From contig JAXLYG010000005.1 of the NCBI GenBank assembly GCA_046351535.1, positions 293,334-357,333 of the forward strand: a stretch of 64,000 bases of DNA, read 5' to 3'. Below the pieces are notes generated by a model. The model was not told the DNA's origin. It searched no databases and worked only from the letters and a program-made list of their open reading frames with translations. The first letter of the stretch is position 1. Each line of letters begins with the position of its first letter. The translations under genes and the position numbers were made by a program. Positions 27,199-36,960 of this stretch are shown piece by piece. The DNA comes from Polyangiales bacterium. GTDB taxonomy: Bacteria > Myxococcota_A > Polyangia > Polyangiales > Ga0077539.

Positions 27199-28656
27199 CT
27201 ACGACTTCGAGAAGCGCAGCGCGCCGTCTTCGAGGGCGCCGCGCCGGAGCGCGAAGCGGTCGAGCGCGTAGTTCTGATAGACCCGCCACGGCGGCCGCGA
27301 GCCCTGCCGCGGAAACTTGTCGATGGAGCGCAGCACGTAGCCCGCCGCGAAGTCGAGCAGCGGGATCTCACGCACCGTCGGGTCGTCGTTGTGCGGTCTG
27401 CACTGGGTGTAGCCGCGCGCGTCCATGTGGTTGAGGATGCGGCACACGTACTCGCAGGTGAGGTCGCATTTGAGCGTCCACGAGGAGTTGGTGTACCCGA
27501 TGGCGAGCGCGAGGTTGGGCACGTCGCTCACCATCATCCCCTTGTAGGCCATGGCCTTCGAGGGCTCGACGACCGCGCCGTCGACGGTGAGCCTCACGCC
27601 GCCGAGGAACTTCAGGTTGAGCCCCGTGGCCGTCACGATGATGTCGGCCTCGAGCTCCCTGCCCGAGCGGAGCCTGATGCCCTTCTCGGTGAAGGCGTCG
27701 ATGTGGTCGGTGACCACCGACGCGCGCCCTTCACGGATGACTTCGAAGAGGTCGCCGTCGGGCACGGCGCAGAGGCGCTGATCCCAGGGGTTGTAGGGCG
27801 GCGTGAAGGCCTCGACGAGCGCGTCGTCGCGGAGCTGCTTCTTCACCTCGCCCACGATGAAGCGCTTGGCGCGCTCGGGGAATCGCCGGCAGAAGTTGTA
27901 GAACGCCATGTTGACGAGGACGTTCTTCCACCGCGTGACGTCGTACGCGACGCTGTCCGAGAGGCGCGCGCGGAGCCAGTTGGCGAGGCGGTCCTGCTCG
28001 GGGAGCGAGAACACGTACGTGGGCGTGCGCTGGAGCATCGTGACGTGCCCCGCGGTCTTCGCCATCGCGGGCACGAGCGTGACCGCCGTCGCGCCGCTGC
28101 CGATCACCACCACGCGCTTGCCCGCGTAGTCGAGGTCCTCGGGCCAGTGCTGGGGATGCACCACGCGGCCCTTGAAATCACCGACGTTCTTGAACTCCGG
28201 CGTGTAGCCCTCTTCGTAGTCGTAGTAGCCCGCGCACGCGTAGAGAAAGCCGCACGTGAGCGTTCGCAGTTCGCCCGTCGCGCCGTCGCGCACCTCGACG
28301 GTCCACCGCGCGGCGTCGCTCGACCAGCTCGCCGACTCGACGCGCTGTCGGTACTGAATGTGACGGTCGATGCCGTAGGTCTCGGCCGTCTCGCGGATGT
28401 ACTGGAGGATCGAAGGGCCGTCGGCGATGGCCTTGGGGTTCGTCCACGGGCGGAACGAGTACCCCAGGGTGAACATGTCGGAGTCGCTGCGGATGCCGGG
28501 GTAGCGGAAGAGGTCCCACGTTCCGCCGAGGCGCTCACGGCCCTCGAGGATCGCGTAGCGCTTCGTGGGACAGTTCTTCTGGAGGTGGTAGGCGGCGCCG
28601 ACGCCCGAGAGGCCAGCGCCGATGATCAGCACGTCGAAGTGGTTCTCGTCGCTCAC
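27199..28656 (-). CDS. Flavin-containing monooxygenase (Baeyer-Villiger type)
   Basis: FAD GxGxxG (VLIIGAGLSGVGAA). BVMO fingerprint FxGxxxHxxxW (FKGRVVHPQHW). Second Rossmann GSGATA. Confidence 0.85.
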   Translation of the reverse strand: MSDENHFDVLIIGAGLSGVGAAYHLQKNCPTKRYAILEGRERLGGTWDLFRYPGIRSDSDMFTLGYSFRPWTNPKAIADGPSILQYIRETAETYGIDRHIQYRQRVESASWSSDAARWTVEVRDGATGELRTLTCGFLYACAGYYDYEEGYTPEFKNVGDFKGRVVHPQHWPEDLDYAGKRVVVIGSGATAVTLVPAMAKTAGHVTMLQRTPTYVFSLPEQDRLANWLRARLSDSVAYDVTRWKNVLVNMAFYNFCRRFPERAKRFIVGEVKKQLRDDALVEAFTPPYNPWDQRLCAVPDGDLFEVIREGRASVVTDHIDAFTEKGIRLRSGRELEADIIVTATGLNLKFLGGVRLTVDGAVVEPSKAMAYKGMMVSDVPNLALAIGYTNSSWTLKCDLTCEYVCRILNHMDARGYTQCRPHNDDPTVREIPLLDFAAGYVLRSIDKFPRQGSRPPWRVYQNYALDRFALRRGALEDGALRFSKS

Positions 28657-28699
28657 GGTGGCGCGGGAGGTTACGCCAATGTGAGCGCCGCCGCGACGC

Positions 28700-30316
28700 T
28701 CAGCGCGCGATCCCGCGGTACGCGGTGATGAGCGAGAGGATCTCGTCGAGCGCCGTGTCGGGGCCCGTGCGCGCGGCGCGTACCGTGCGCTCCGTCGCGT
28801 CGAGGATGGCGTCCGACGACGAGGGGTTGTTCGCGATCTGCTTGAGCGCCTCGGCCCACGCGACGATGGCCCTGCCGCGGCGGAGCGCTTCGTCAGAGCC
28901 TTCGAGGAGCTGGCCGAAGGTCGTGTCGACGGTCTCGACGCCGGGGACGCGACCGCGCGTGGCGTAGGTGGCCCGCGCGACGATGTGGTCGCTCATGTCG
29001 ACGGTCGAGCCGAGGCACGACTGGATCACCTGGTGAAACACCATCGCGTCGTTGGGCGCGAGGTGCTGCGGGTCGATCACGCGCGGGTCGGCGGAGATGG
29101 CCTCGCCGTGGAACTCCGCGACGCGCATGTACCAGGGCAGCGTGAGCTCGAGGCGCACGGCGCGGACGGCGAGGTCCATGGTCTCGGTGAAGCGTCCGCC
29201 GAACATGATGTCGGCCTCGGCGTCGCTGTCGACGAAGACGTAGGCGCCGCGGCCCTTGTCGGTGACGGTGTCCATGAGGGTGTCGTTGAAGCCGTCGCCG
29301 ACGCCGACGGCCACGAGGTAGATCTCCTCGCGCTCGGCGAAGTGCGACGCCTCGGCGATGATGGTCTCGTCGGTCACGCCCACGTTGGCGATGCCGTCGG
29401 AGATGAGCACCACGCGGTTGAGCCGACCTTCGCCGTAGTTGCGCTGCGCGAGCGCGTAGCCCGCCGCGAGTCCGCCCGAGAGGTCCGTGCCGCCGCCCGC
29501 CACGAGGCTCGACGCGAGCGAGAGGAGCGTCGGATCGTTGGGTCCCGTGACGGGGTAGTTCGAGAGCGGCGCGCGCTGCTCGGTGTTCCACGTGACGGCG
29601 GAGACGACGTCGCCCGCGCGGAGCGACGACGCGATGGCGCGCACGACGGCGCGCTCGCGCTCGATGCGCTGGCCCTCGCCCATCGAGCCCGAGGTGTCGA
29701 GCACGAAGGTGATGTTCATCGGGCGGAGGTCTGCGGTGCTGCGGCGCTCCGACGCGATGCCCACCTGGAGCTCGTAGCTCCCCTCGGCGGTGCCCGGTCG
29801 CATCTGCGGCACGACGCGCACGTGATCGGGCGCCGCGGCCTCGTAGGGCACGTTGTAGTAGTTGAGGAACTCGTAGGTCCGCACGATCCCCGCGGGCACG
29901 CGCCGCCCGAGTCGGATCATCCGTCGGGCGATGGCCGGCGAGGCCATGGAGTTCGAATCGTCGGCCGAGAGGTAGAGCGTCACCGGCTCACGCGAAGGGA
30001 TCGCCTCGCACGCCACCCTCGCGTCGGCGGCGTCTGCCGCGTCGGGGCGATCCGCGGAGGCGTCGTACGGTGCGGGCACATCGGGGGATGAGGTCGCGTC
30101 GGTCCTCGCGGCGTCGGAGGGAGCCGCCGCGTCGAGGGGCGTGGGAGAGGGGCGATCGGAGGTCCCTGCGTCGTAGGGGGCGAAGCTCGTCGCGGACGCG
30201 TCGTAGACGCCTGCGTCGTACTCCTCCGACGAGACGTAGTCGCCCTCGGAGTCGCTGCACGCGTCGAGTCCGAGCCCGAATGCGACGAAGAGTGCGAGGT
30301 ACGAAAGCTTGCGCAT
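28700..30316 (-). CDS. VWA (von Willebrand factor A) domain lipoprotein
   Basis: Lipobox LGLDACSDS. MIDAS motif DTSGSM. A D/A/S/P-rich linker. ATG at 30316 preceded by GGAGG. Confidence 0.8.
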   Translation of the reverse strand: MRKLSYLALFVAFGLGLDACSDSEGDYVSSEEYDAGVYDASATSFAPYDAGTSDRPSPTPLDAAAPSDAARTDATSSPDVPAPYDASADRPDAADAADARVACEAIPSREPVTLYLSADDSNSMASPAIARRMIRLGRRVPAGIVRTYEFLNYYNVPYEAAAPDHVRVVPQMRPGTAEGSYELQVGIASERRSTADLRPMNITFVLDTSGSMGEGQRIERERAVVRAIASSLRAGDVVSAVTWNTEQRAPLSNYPVTGPNDPTLLSLASSLVAGGGTDLSGGLAAGYALAQRNYGEGRLNRVVLISDGIANVGVTDETIIAEASHFAEREEIYLVAVGVGDGFNDTLMDTVTDKGRGAYVFVDSDAEADIMFGGRFTETMDLAVRAVRLELTLPWYMRVAEFHGEAISADPRVIDPQHLAPNDAMVFHQVIQSCLGSTVDMSDHIVARATYATRGRVPGVETVDTTFGQLLEGSDEALRRGRAIVAWAEALKQIANNPSSSDAILDATERTVRAARTGPDTALDEILSLITAYRGIAR

Positions 30317-30752
30317 GGTGAAGTCTCCCCTCCGTGACGGCGTTGATTCACCGGAGCACAAAGCAGCGCGCGTGCCGCGGCTAAAACTCACAAAATGCCT
30401 ATATTTAAGCTGTTTTAGCGAGTCGAGCCCGTGTGGCTCGGTCGGCACACCGGGCCGCGAGGGCACAGCGCGAGGTCCGCGGCGCGCTTCGGCGACCTGA
30501 CACGGCGGCCACGCGCGCTCGCGCTGCGGGTCGGTGACGAGCAAGACGAACGACGGACGCGGCGTCGTGCTCGCGGTCGCACGGGCGATGGGAGCGTCGC
30601 GCGAGCGTCAAGATCATGGCGCCAGAGGGACGCTTCGGAGGGGGTGTCGCCAGGGACCGGGTGGGGCGTCCGGGGGGCTGGTGCGCATCGTGCCTTGCTC
30701 CGGGCTTTCAACCCCATGACGTTCGTCATGGTGGGGCCACGAGGAGAGGGCA
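30317..30752. promoter_or_regulatory. Divergent intergenic region with a locally AT-rich segment (30380-30430: aaactcacaaaatgcctatatttaagctgtttt)
   Basis: Only conspicuously AT-rich 50 bp in the window, lying between divergently transcribed VWA and cytochrome genes. Contains a tatattta -10-like hexamer. Confidence 0.35.
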
Positions 30753-33677
30753 ATGGAACGCGGAACTACGAGAAGGATGCTCTACGGAGCAGCGCTGGTC
30801 GCGGCGATCGCGGCATGCGCCGGTGACCCCGGCGCCAACGGAACGAGCTGTACGGTCTCGGCGAATAGCGACGGAACCAGCACGATCCGATGCGGCGACG
30901 GGACGACGGCGACCATCCGCAACGGCGCGGACGGAGGCAACGGCACCAACGGCACCAACGGCACCAACGGCACCAACGGGACCAACGGGACCTCGTGCAC
31001 CGTGTCCGCGGACGATGCCGGGACGCGCACCATTTCGTGCACCGATGGCACGAGCGTCCAGGTGAGCAACGGGACCAACGGGACCTCGTGCACCATCACC
31101 ACGGATGCCGACTCGGGGGTTCGCACGATCCGCTGCGCCGACGGGACTAGCACCCGGATCAACGACGGCGCGCCCGGACTCTCGGCTCGCGTTCTCGACC
31201 ATCACGGCTCGCAGTACCTCGCGACGCACGGCGAGTACGCCAACGGCGCGAAGGTGCTCGGACGCGCGACGATCACGGCCGCCACGGCGGACGCCTCGGG
31301 CCGCGTGACGGTGAACTTCCGCGTGACCGACCAGGCCGGAAGGCCCCTCTCCGACGTCGGCGCCATCGCGGCGAACATCGTGAAGCTCGTCCCGGCGCGC
31401 ACCGGCGAGGCTTCGAACCACTGGGTCGCGTACATCTACCGCACGCAGACCGTGTCGGGCACGGGCTCGTGGCCGGCCCCCTCGGGCACCTCGGCGGTGC
31501 AGGCATACCGTGAGAACAACGGCATGCTCACGAACAACCGCGACGGCACGTACCAGTACGTCTTCGCGACGAACCTCTCGACGGCGATGATGGGCACCAC
31601 GCCCATCACGTACGAGCGCAACCGCACGCACCGCGTCTACATCTCGATGGGCGGTCATAGCGGCACGACGGCCGACGCGTACTTCGACTTCGTGCCCGAC
31701 GGCTCGGCGATCACCGAGCGCAGGGACATCGTGCAGACGGCGACCTGCCAGGGCTGCCACAACACGAACGAGTTCCACGGCCACGGCGGCGACCGCCTGA
31801 CCGTCGAGGGCTGCGGGACGTGTCACCTCCCCGGCAACGTCGACCCGCACAGCGGCCGCAGCCTCGACCTCCCCGAGATGATCCACAAGATCCATGCGGG
31901 CGGCGAGCTCCCCTCGGTGCGCGGCGCCGACGGCATCCTCTATGACGACCCCGCGACCACGGTGAACGAGGCGGCCGACAACGGCACCTACGCGATCTGG
32001 GGCAACGCCAACGCGCGCCAGTCGTGGGAGCACGTGGAGTTCCCCGCCGTTCTCGCGAACTGCACCACCTGCCACCGCGGAACCGGCGCGCAGGTCGACA
32101 ACTGGAACTCTCGTCCTTCGCGCGCCGCCTGCGGCTCGTGCCACGACAACCTCAACTTCGCGACGGGCACCAACCACGGCAACGCGACCCTGATGCCCGG
32201 ACCGCAGCCCGATGACGGCTCGTGCACCACCTGCCACCGCGCCACCGCGGGCATCGCCCCCATCGTCGCAGGCCACGACTTCGTGCGCTCGAACCCGCGG
32301 AACATCGCCGAGTTCAACGCGACGCTCTCGATGACGCCGCCGGCCAACGGTCGCTTCTACGTGGCCGGTGAGGCCCCCGTGGTGAGCATCGTGCTCCGCG
32401 ACGCCGTCACCGGCGCGCTCGTCGATCACACCACGCTCAACGAAGACCCCACGGCCGAAGGCTGCCCGACCACGTCGGCGACCTGCCCGCCCCGCGACGG
32501 CCTGCTCCGCACGGCGTCGCTCTTCGTTCAGGGCCCGCGCGCTCACCGCATGCCGGTGCTCACGACGGCCGCGCGCTCGCAGGTCATCGCCCCCGCGGCG
32601 GGCCCCTACAACCTCTCGGGCACCGGCGTCTCGCTCGTCGTGAAGTTCGACGGCGGCGACGACGTGCACACGGTGAACTCCACCGGCGGCGACGTGCTCC
32701 GCATGGGCCTCGTGACCGTTCCGATGACCACCACGGGCTTCGTGAGCGCGGCCGCCGCGACCACCGCCGAAGTGGTGGCGTGGCTCAATCGCGACGCGGC
32801 CTTCGCGGCGCGCGGCATCGCCTGGGATGAGGGCGGCAGGGTCGCCATCCGCAGCCGCAGCCTCGGCAACATCCACTCGGTGCAGCTCCTCGCGAGCGCC
32901 GCGACGACCGCGGTCTTCGGCGGCGACGTGACCGTGCACATGCCCGCGGGCTTCACGTCGGGCAACACCGTGAGCCGCCGCACGGTGGCCGCGAACAACG
33001 ACCCCAAGGCGTCGTGGAGCGCGGGCTCGATCAACTACCAGCTCGACGCCGTCGACGACCTCGAGCCGGGCACCTACGTGGTCTCCATCGAGTTCGCGGA
33101 CCGCGGCCGCGTCGACGCGGTCAACTACGTCACGCCGACCGTGGCGCGCCTGACCTTCCAGGTGAAGACCGCGACGGAGCAGCTCCTCGTCGCGGGCAAC
33201 TGCAACAGCTGCCACCAGAACGCGACGGGCACGGGCTTCGTGCTCGACTACTCGCGTCACAACAAGCAGTTCGACACGGCCGCGCTCGACCAGTGCGGCG
33301 CCTGCCACGACTACCAGCCCCAGGCCGCCACGGGCCTCGCATGGTCGGGCGCGCGCCCCATCTCTCGCCGCGTCCACGCGATCCACTACGGATCGTCGCT
33401 GACCTATCCGCTCGCGGACGTCGACTACTCGAACGGCGACCCGGTGCCCGGGCGCAACTGGAACATCACGTTCCCCCAGGACGTGCGCAACTGCCAGACC
33501 TGCCACCCGTCGAACACGACGAGCGGGACGTGGGCGACGCGTCCGGCGAGGCTGCCCTGCTCGGGCTGCCACGACGCCGACGCTGCGATGGCGCACATGC
33601 GCATCCAGACCTTCGACCCGACCCCTGCCGATCCGTGGAGCGGTGACGAGCAGGAGTCCTGTCAGACCTGCCACTGA
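30753..33677 (+). CDS. Decaheme c-type cytochrome lipoprotein (974 aa) with N-terminal Gly-X-Y (GTN)8 repeat and 3 Cys-pair modules
   Basis: Lipobox IAACAG. Ten CxxCH motifs (CQGCH, CGTCH, CTTCH, CGSCH, CTTCH, CNSCH, CGACH, CQTCH, CSGCH, CQTCH). RBS aggaga upstream of the ATG. Confidence 0.85.
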   Translation: MERGTTRRMLYGAALVAAIAACAGDPGANGTSCTVSANSDGTSTIRCGDGTTATIRNGADGGNGTNGTNGTNGTNGTNGTSCTVSADDAGTRTISCTDGTSVQVSNGTNGTSCTITTDADSGVRTIRCADGTSTRINDGAPGLSARVLDHHGSQYLATHGEYANGAKVLGRATITAATADASGRVTVNFRVTDQAGRPLSDVGAIAANIVKLVPARTGEASNHWVAYIYRTQTVSGTGSWPAPSGTSAVQAYRENNGMLTNNRDGTYQYVFATNLSTAMMGTTPITYERNRTHRVYISMGGHSGTTADAYFDFVPDGSAITERRDIVQTATCQGCHNTNEFHGHGGDRLTVEGCGTCHLPGNVDPHSGRSLDLPEMIHKIHAGGELPSVRGADGILYDDPATTVNEAADNGTYAIWGNANARQSWEHVEFPAVLANCTTCHRGTGAQVDNWNSRPSRAACGSCHDNLNFATGTNHGNATLMPGPQPDDGSCTTCHRATAGIAPIVAGHDFVRSNPRNIAEFNATLSMTPPANGRFYVAGEAPVVSIVLRDAVTGALVDHTTLNEDPTAEGCPTTSATCPPRDGLLRTASLFVQGPRAHRMPVLTTAARSQVIAPAAGPYNLSGTGVSLVVKFDGGDDVHTVNSTGGDVLRMGLVTVPMTTTGFVSAAAATTAEVVAWLNRDAAFAARGIAWDEGGRVAIRSRSLGNIHSVQLLASAATTAVFGGDVTVHMPAGFTSGNTVSRRTVAANNDPKASWSAGSINYQLDAVDDLEPGTYVVSIEFADRGRVDAVNYVTPTVARLTFQVKTATEQLLVAGNCNSCHQNATGTGFVLDYSRHNKQFDTAALDQCGACHDYQPQAATGLAWSGARPISRRVHAIHYGSSLTYPLADVDYSNGDPVPGRNWNITFPQDVRNCQTCHPSNTTSGTWATRPARLPCSGCHDADAAMAHMRIQTFDPTPADPWSGDEQESCQTCH

Positions 33678-33680
33678 GCC

Positions 33681-34562
33681 ATGAAGCACCTCGCCCTCGC
33701 TCCCCTCTTCGTCTGCGCGGCCTTGTCGCTCTCGTGCAAGGTCGCGCAGCCTCCTCCCGCCACGCCTCATCAACGCGTCGAGGGCGAGGTGATCGCCACG
33801 GTCAACGGGGTCCCGCTCACGCGCCAGGAGCTCCCTCCGAGCGCGCACGGGCAGGGGCCTCGCAGCGCGACGGGACCCGTCGACGCCGACCTCCTCTCAC
33901 GCCTCGTCGAGGACGAGGTGCTCGCGCAGTACGCCACCTCCACGGGTCTCGATCGCGACCCGACGTACCGCGCCGAGCTCGCCCGCGCCGAGGCCGGGTT
34001 CCGCGCGTGGCGGCGCGCGCAGCTCGTCGCCCTCGCCGATCGCGCGCAGTCAAACGGGCTCAACGTCACCGAGGCCGAGGCGCGGAGCTGGTACGAGACC
34101 CACACCGCGCGGGCGCGTGCCGAGGTTCGCGTCGCGCAGATCCTCGTTCGCGACGAGGCCACGGCCAACCAGCTCCTCGCGGAGCTCCGCGCGGGCGCGG
34201 CCTTCGATGACGTCGCCCGCAGGCTCGCGCCCCCGAGCGACGATCCCGCTGCGAAGCCCTGGGAGATGGGCCCGCTGCGCTGGCACCAGCTCCCCGACGC
34301 GTGGCGTGGCCCCGTCGACGCGCTCCAGGTCGGCCAGGTCTCCGCCGTGATCCGCGGACCCAACCGACGCTTCTGGATCGTGAAGCTCCTCGACCGTCGC
34401 GAGAACGCCTCGCTCACGTTCGAGACGACGCGTGACACGATCGTGCAGGTGCTCCGCGACGAGCGCGCCATCGAAGCGCGCGCGCGCCTCCGAGAGACGC
34501 TCCGCCGTGCGGCCCGCGTCGACGTCACCCCGCAGCGCCCCGCCCCCACCGAAACCCGCTGA
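33681..34562 (+). CDS. Parvulin-type peptidyl-prolyl cis-trans isomerase lipoprotein (SurA/PrsA-like)
   Basis: Lipobox LSLSCK. SurA-like N-terminal chaperone region. PpiC domain (EVRVAQILV...WEMGPLRWHQLPDAW...RFWIVK). Confidence 0.7.
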   Translation: MKHLALAPLFVCAALSLSCKVAQPPPATPHQRVEGEVIATVNGVPLTRQELPPSAHGQGPRSATGPVDADLLSRLVEDEVLAQYATSTGLDRDPTYRAELARAEAGFRAWRRAQLVALADRAQSNGLNVTEAEARSWYETHTARARAEVRVAQILVRDEATANQLLAELRAGAAFDDVARRLAPPSDDPAAKPWEMGPLRWHQLPDAWRGPVDALQVGQVSAVIRGPNRRFWIVKLLDRRENASLTFETTRDTIVQVLRDERAIEARARLRETLRRAARVDVTPQRPAPTETR

Positions 34563-34837
34563 TCTCGTCGCCTCGCGCCGCGCGCGGGTCGTCTCGTGCG
34601 CTGTGCCCACGCGACGACGCGCAGTCCGCGCGGCCCCTACGCCCGACGTCGCCCATCTGACGCCCCATGGCGCACGCCATCCACGCACTGCGCGCGTGTA
34701 TGCACCGGGTTCGTTCGCGCTCGCGGTGCCTGCGCGATGTCATATCGCCATGAATCGGGCGTCTCGCGTGCGCAGCGGCGGGCGCGCTCGGCGCGCGGAG
34801 GTGTGGCGCGGGGAATGCTCAATGGGCCTCTTCGAGG

Positions 34838-36949
34838 ATGCAGATGACGGACGCACGACGTTGGGCGCTTGGGGTGATGCTCGTCGCGATGGTGGGATGC
34901 GGCGCGGACGGCGCTCCTGGCGAGCGCGGCCCTGCCGGTCCGGCCGGTGACGCTGGCGCGCAGGGGCCTCAGGGCGAGCGGGGCCCGCAGGGCGATCGCG
35001 GTCCGCAGGGCGAGCCCGGCGACGCGGCGGTGACCGTGGTGTCGGGGAGCTTCCCCGCCGCGGGGCTCACGCTGAACGTCCTCGACGCGACGGTGAGCGC
35101 CTCGGGCGCGGTGTCGGTGCACTTCAACCTCCGCGACGGGCGCTCGCAGGCCCTCACGCCGCGCGACACCGACCTCCTCGGCTTCATGGTGAGCGAGGTG
35201 GTGCTCGACGCGATGGGTCAGCCGCTGCGCTACCGCGCGCTCACGACCTGCCCCGCCGACGCGCCCCACGCCGACGTCCGTCAGTCGTGCATGGAGTGGG
35301 CGATGCGGAGCGGCGCGCTCGCGAGCGACCGCCTCACGCAGCGCGCGGACCTCTCGTGGGACTTCCGTCTCGCGACGGTGGTGCCCGCGTCGACGACGCC
35401 CACGCGCACGCTCTCGATCACCGCGCAGGGTCTCCGCCCCGGTCTGTATGCGTCGGACCCCGCCTCGGTCTCGACGGCGGTCTTCGACTTCGTGCCCGGC
35501 GGCGGCACGCCCGTCTCCGTTCGCGTGGTCGACCCCGCGGGCTGCGAGGGCTGCCACCAGACCGTGCGCGCGCACGGCGGCACCCGCGTCAACGCGACGA
35601 TGTGCGTCCGCTGCCACACCGACGAGCTCTCCGACCCCGACACCGGGAACAGCCTCAGCTTCGGCGTGATGGTTCACAAGATCCACCGCGGCGAGCACCT
35701 GCCGAGCGTCGTGGGCGGCGCGCCCTATCGCATCGTGGGGTACCGCGGCGCGGTCTCGGACTTCAGCGACGTCGCGTACCCGCAGGACCTCCGCAACTGC
35801 GAGTCGTGTCACCGCCCCACCACCGCGGCGCCGGACTCCGTTCGCTTCGCGCAGCGCCCCGCGGAGCGCATCTGCACGAGCTGCCACGACCGCACGTACT
35901 TCAGCGACGGCGCCTTGCCCACGGGCTACACGCGCCACCCGCCGGGGATGGTCGACCCGACGCAGTGCACGACCTGCCACCGCGAGACGGGCGGGCTCAG
36001 CGGCATCCGCGACAAGCACATGCTCCCGTGGCGTCGCCCCGGCGCGCCCACGATCGCGGCCACCATCGAGTCGGTGACGGGGCTCATCCCGAACACCGCG
36101 CCCACGGTGGAGTTCACCCTCCGCTCGCGTGAGGGCACGGCGATCACCGACCTCTCGGCGCTCTCTCGCCTGGGTTTTCTCATCAACGGCCCGACGGCGC
36201 CCGCGTACTCGCTGCCCGGCGTGGTGCTCCAGGCCACGGGGACCGCGGCGGTGGGCGTGACGACGAACCTCGGCGGCGGACGCTACCGCTGGGTGGCGCC
36301 CATGTCGGCCGCGCTGCCTGCGACCGCCTCGGGGACCTGGGCCATCGGCATCGAGGCGCAGCGCACCGAGACCCTCGCGGACATGACCACGTTCCGTCAC
36401 GGCGCGACCAACCCCGTCGCGTACTCGTCGGTGGCGGGCGGGCCCGTCGTGCGACGCCGTCAGGTCGTCGAGATCGCGCGCTGCAACAACTGCCACGGCC
36501 GCCTCGCGCTGCACGGGAACAATCGCATCGACAACCCCGAGTACTGCGTGATGTGCCACACGCCCACGGCGACCGACGTCTCGCAGCGTCCGTCGACGGC
36601 GGGCGCGCCGCAGAGCATCGACTTCGCGAACATGGTCCACCGGATCCACACGGGCGCGAACCTCCCGAGCGTGGCCGAGGGGCGGCCGTACGTGATCTAT
36701 GGCTTCGGCGGGTCGCGCAACGACTTCTCGAACGTGCGCTTCCCGCAGTCGCTCCTGAACTGCTCGGCGTGCCACGCCGACGGGACCACGACGACGCCCT
36801 CGGCGCGCGCCTGCACGGGCTGCCACGACAGCACCGCGACGATCGCGCACGCGCAGATCAACACCACCTCCGCGGGCGTCGAGTCCTGCGCGGCGTGCCA
36901 CGGCGCGGGGCGGACCTTCTCCGTCGCGACGTCGCACCCGGCGCCGTGA
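34838..36949 (+). CDS. Decaheme c-type cytochrome lipoprotein (703 aa) with N-terminal collagen-like Gly-X-Y repeat; paralog of 30753..33677
   Basis: Lipobox VGCGADG. (GPAGPAGDAGAQGPQGERGPQGDRGPQGEPGD) is 11 consecutive Gly-X-Y triplets. Ten CxxCH motifs. Shares the ...CxxCH...HKIH...LPSV... blocks with the upstream cytochrome. Confidence 0.85.
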   Translation: MQMTDARRWALGVMLVAMVGCGADGAPGERGPAGPAGDAGAQGPQGERGPQGDRGPQGEPGDAAVTVVSGSFPAAGLTLNVLDATVSASGAVSVHFNLRDGRSQALTPRDTDLLGFMVSEVVLDAMGQPLRYRALTTCPADAPHADVRQSCMEWAMRSGALASDRLTQRADLSWDFRLATVVPASTTPTRTLSITAQGLRPGLYASDPASVSTAVFDFVPGGGTPVSVRVVDPAGCEGCHQTVRAHGGTRVNATMCVRCHTDELSDPDTGNSLSFGVMVHKIHRGEHLPSVVGGAPYRIVGYRGAVSDFSDVAYPQDLRNCESCHRPTTAAPDSVRFAQRPAERICTSCHDRTYFSDGALPTGYTRHPPGMVDPTQCTTCHRETGGLSGIRDKHMLPWRRPGAPTIAATIESVTGLIPNTAPTVEFTLRSREGTAITDLSALSRLGFLINGPTAPAYSLPGVVLQATGTAAVGVTTNLGGGRYRWVAPMSAALPATASGTWAIGIEAQRTETLADMTTFRHGATNPVAYSSVAGGPVVRRRQVVEIARCNNCHGRLALHGNNRIDNPEYCVMCHTPTATDVSQRPSTAGAPQSIDFANMVHRIHTGANLPSVAEGRPYVIYGFGGSRNDFSNVRFPQSLLNCSACHADGTTTTPSARACTGCHDSTATIAHAQINTTSAGVESCAACHGAGRTFSVATSHPAP

Positions 36950-36960
36950 AGGGGGATGCC

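Noticed and set aside
28700-30544. Extended VWA ORF start at 30544
   Set aside because: The upstream extension lacks a signal peptide. The ATG at 30316 with a GGAGG RBS gives a canonical lipoprotein signal.
30890-31000. N-glycosylation sequon array (NGT)n in the first cytochrome as evidence of a Pgl-type glycosylation system
   Set aside because: Campylobacter-type sequons need D/E at position -2, which is absent, and no oligosaccharyltransferase gene is in the window. Kept only as an aside under the collagen-like finding.
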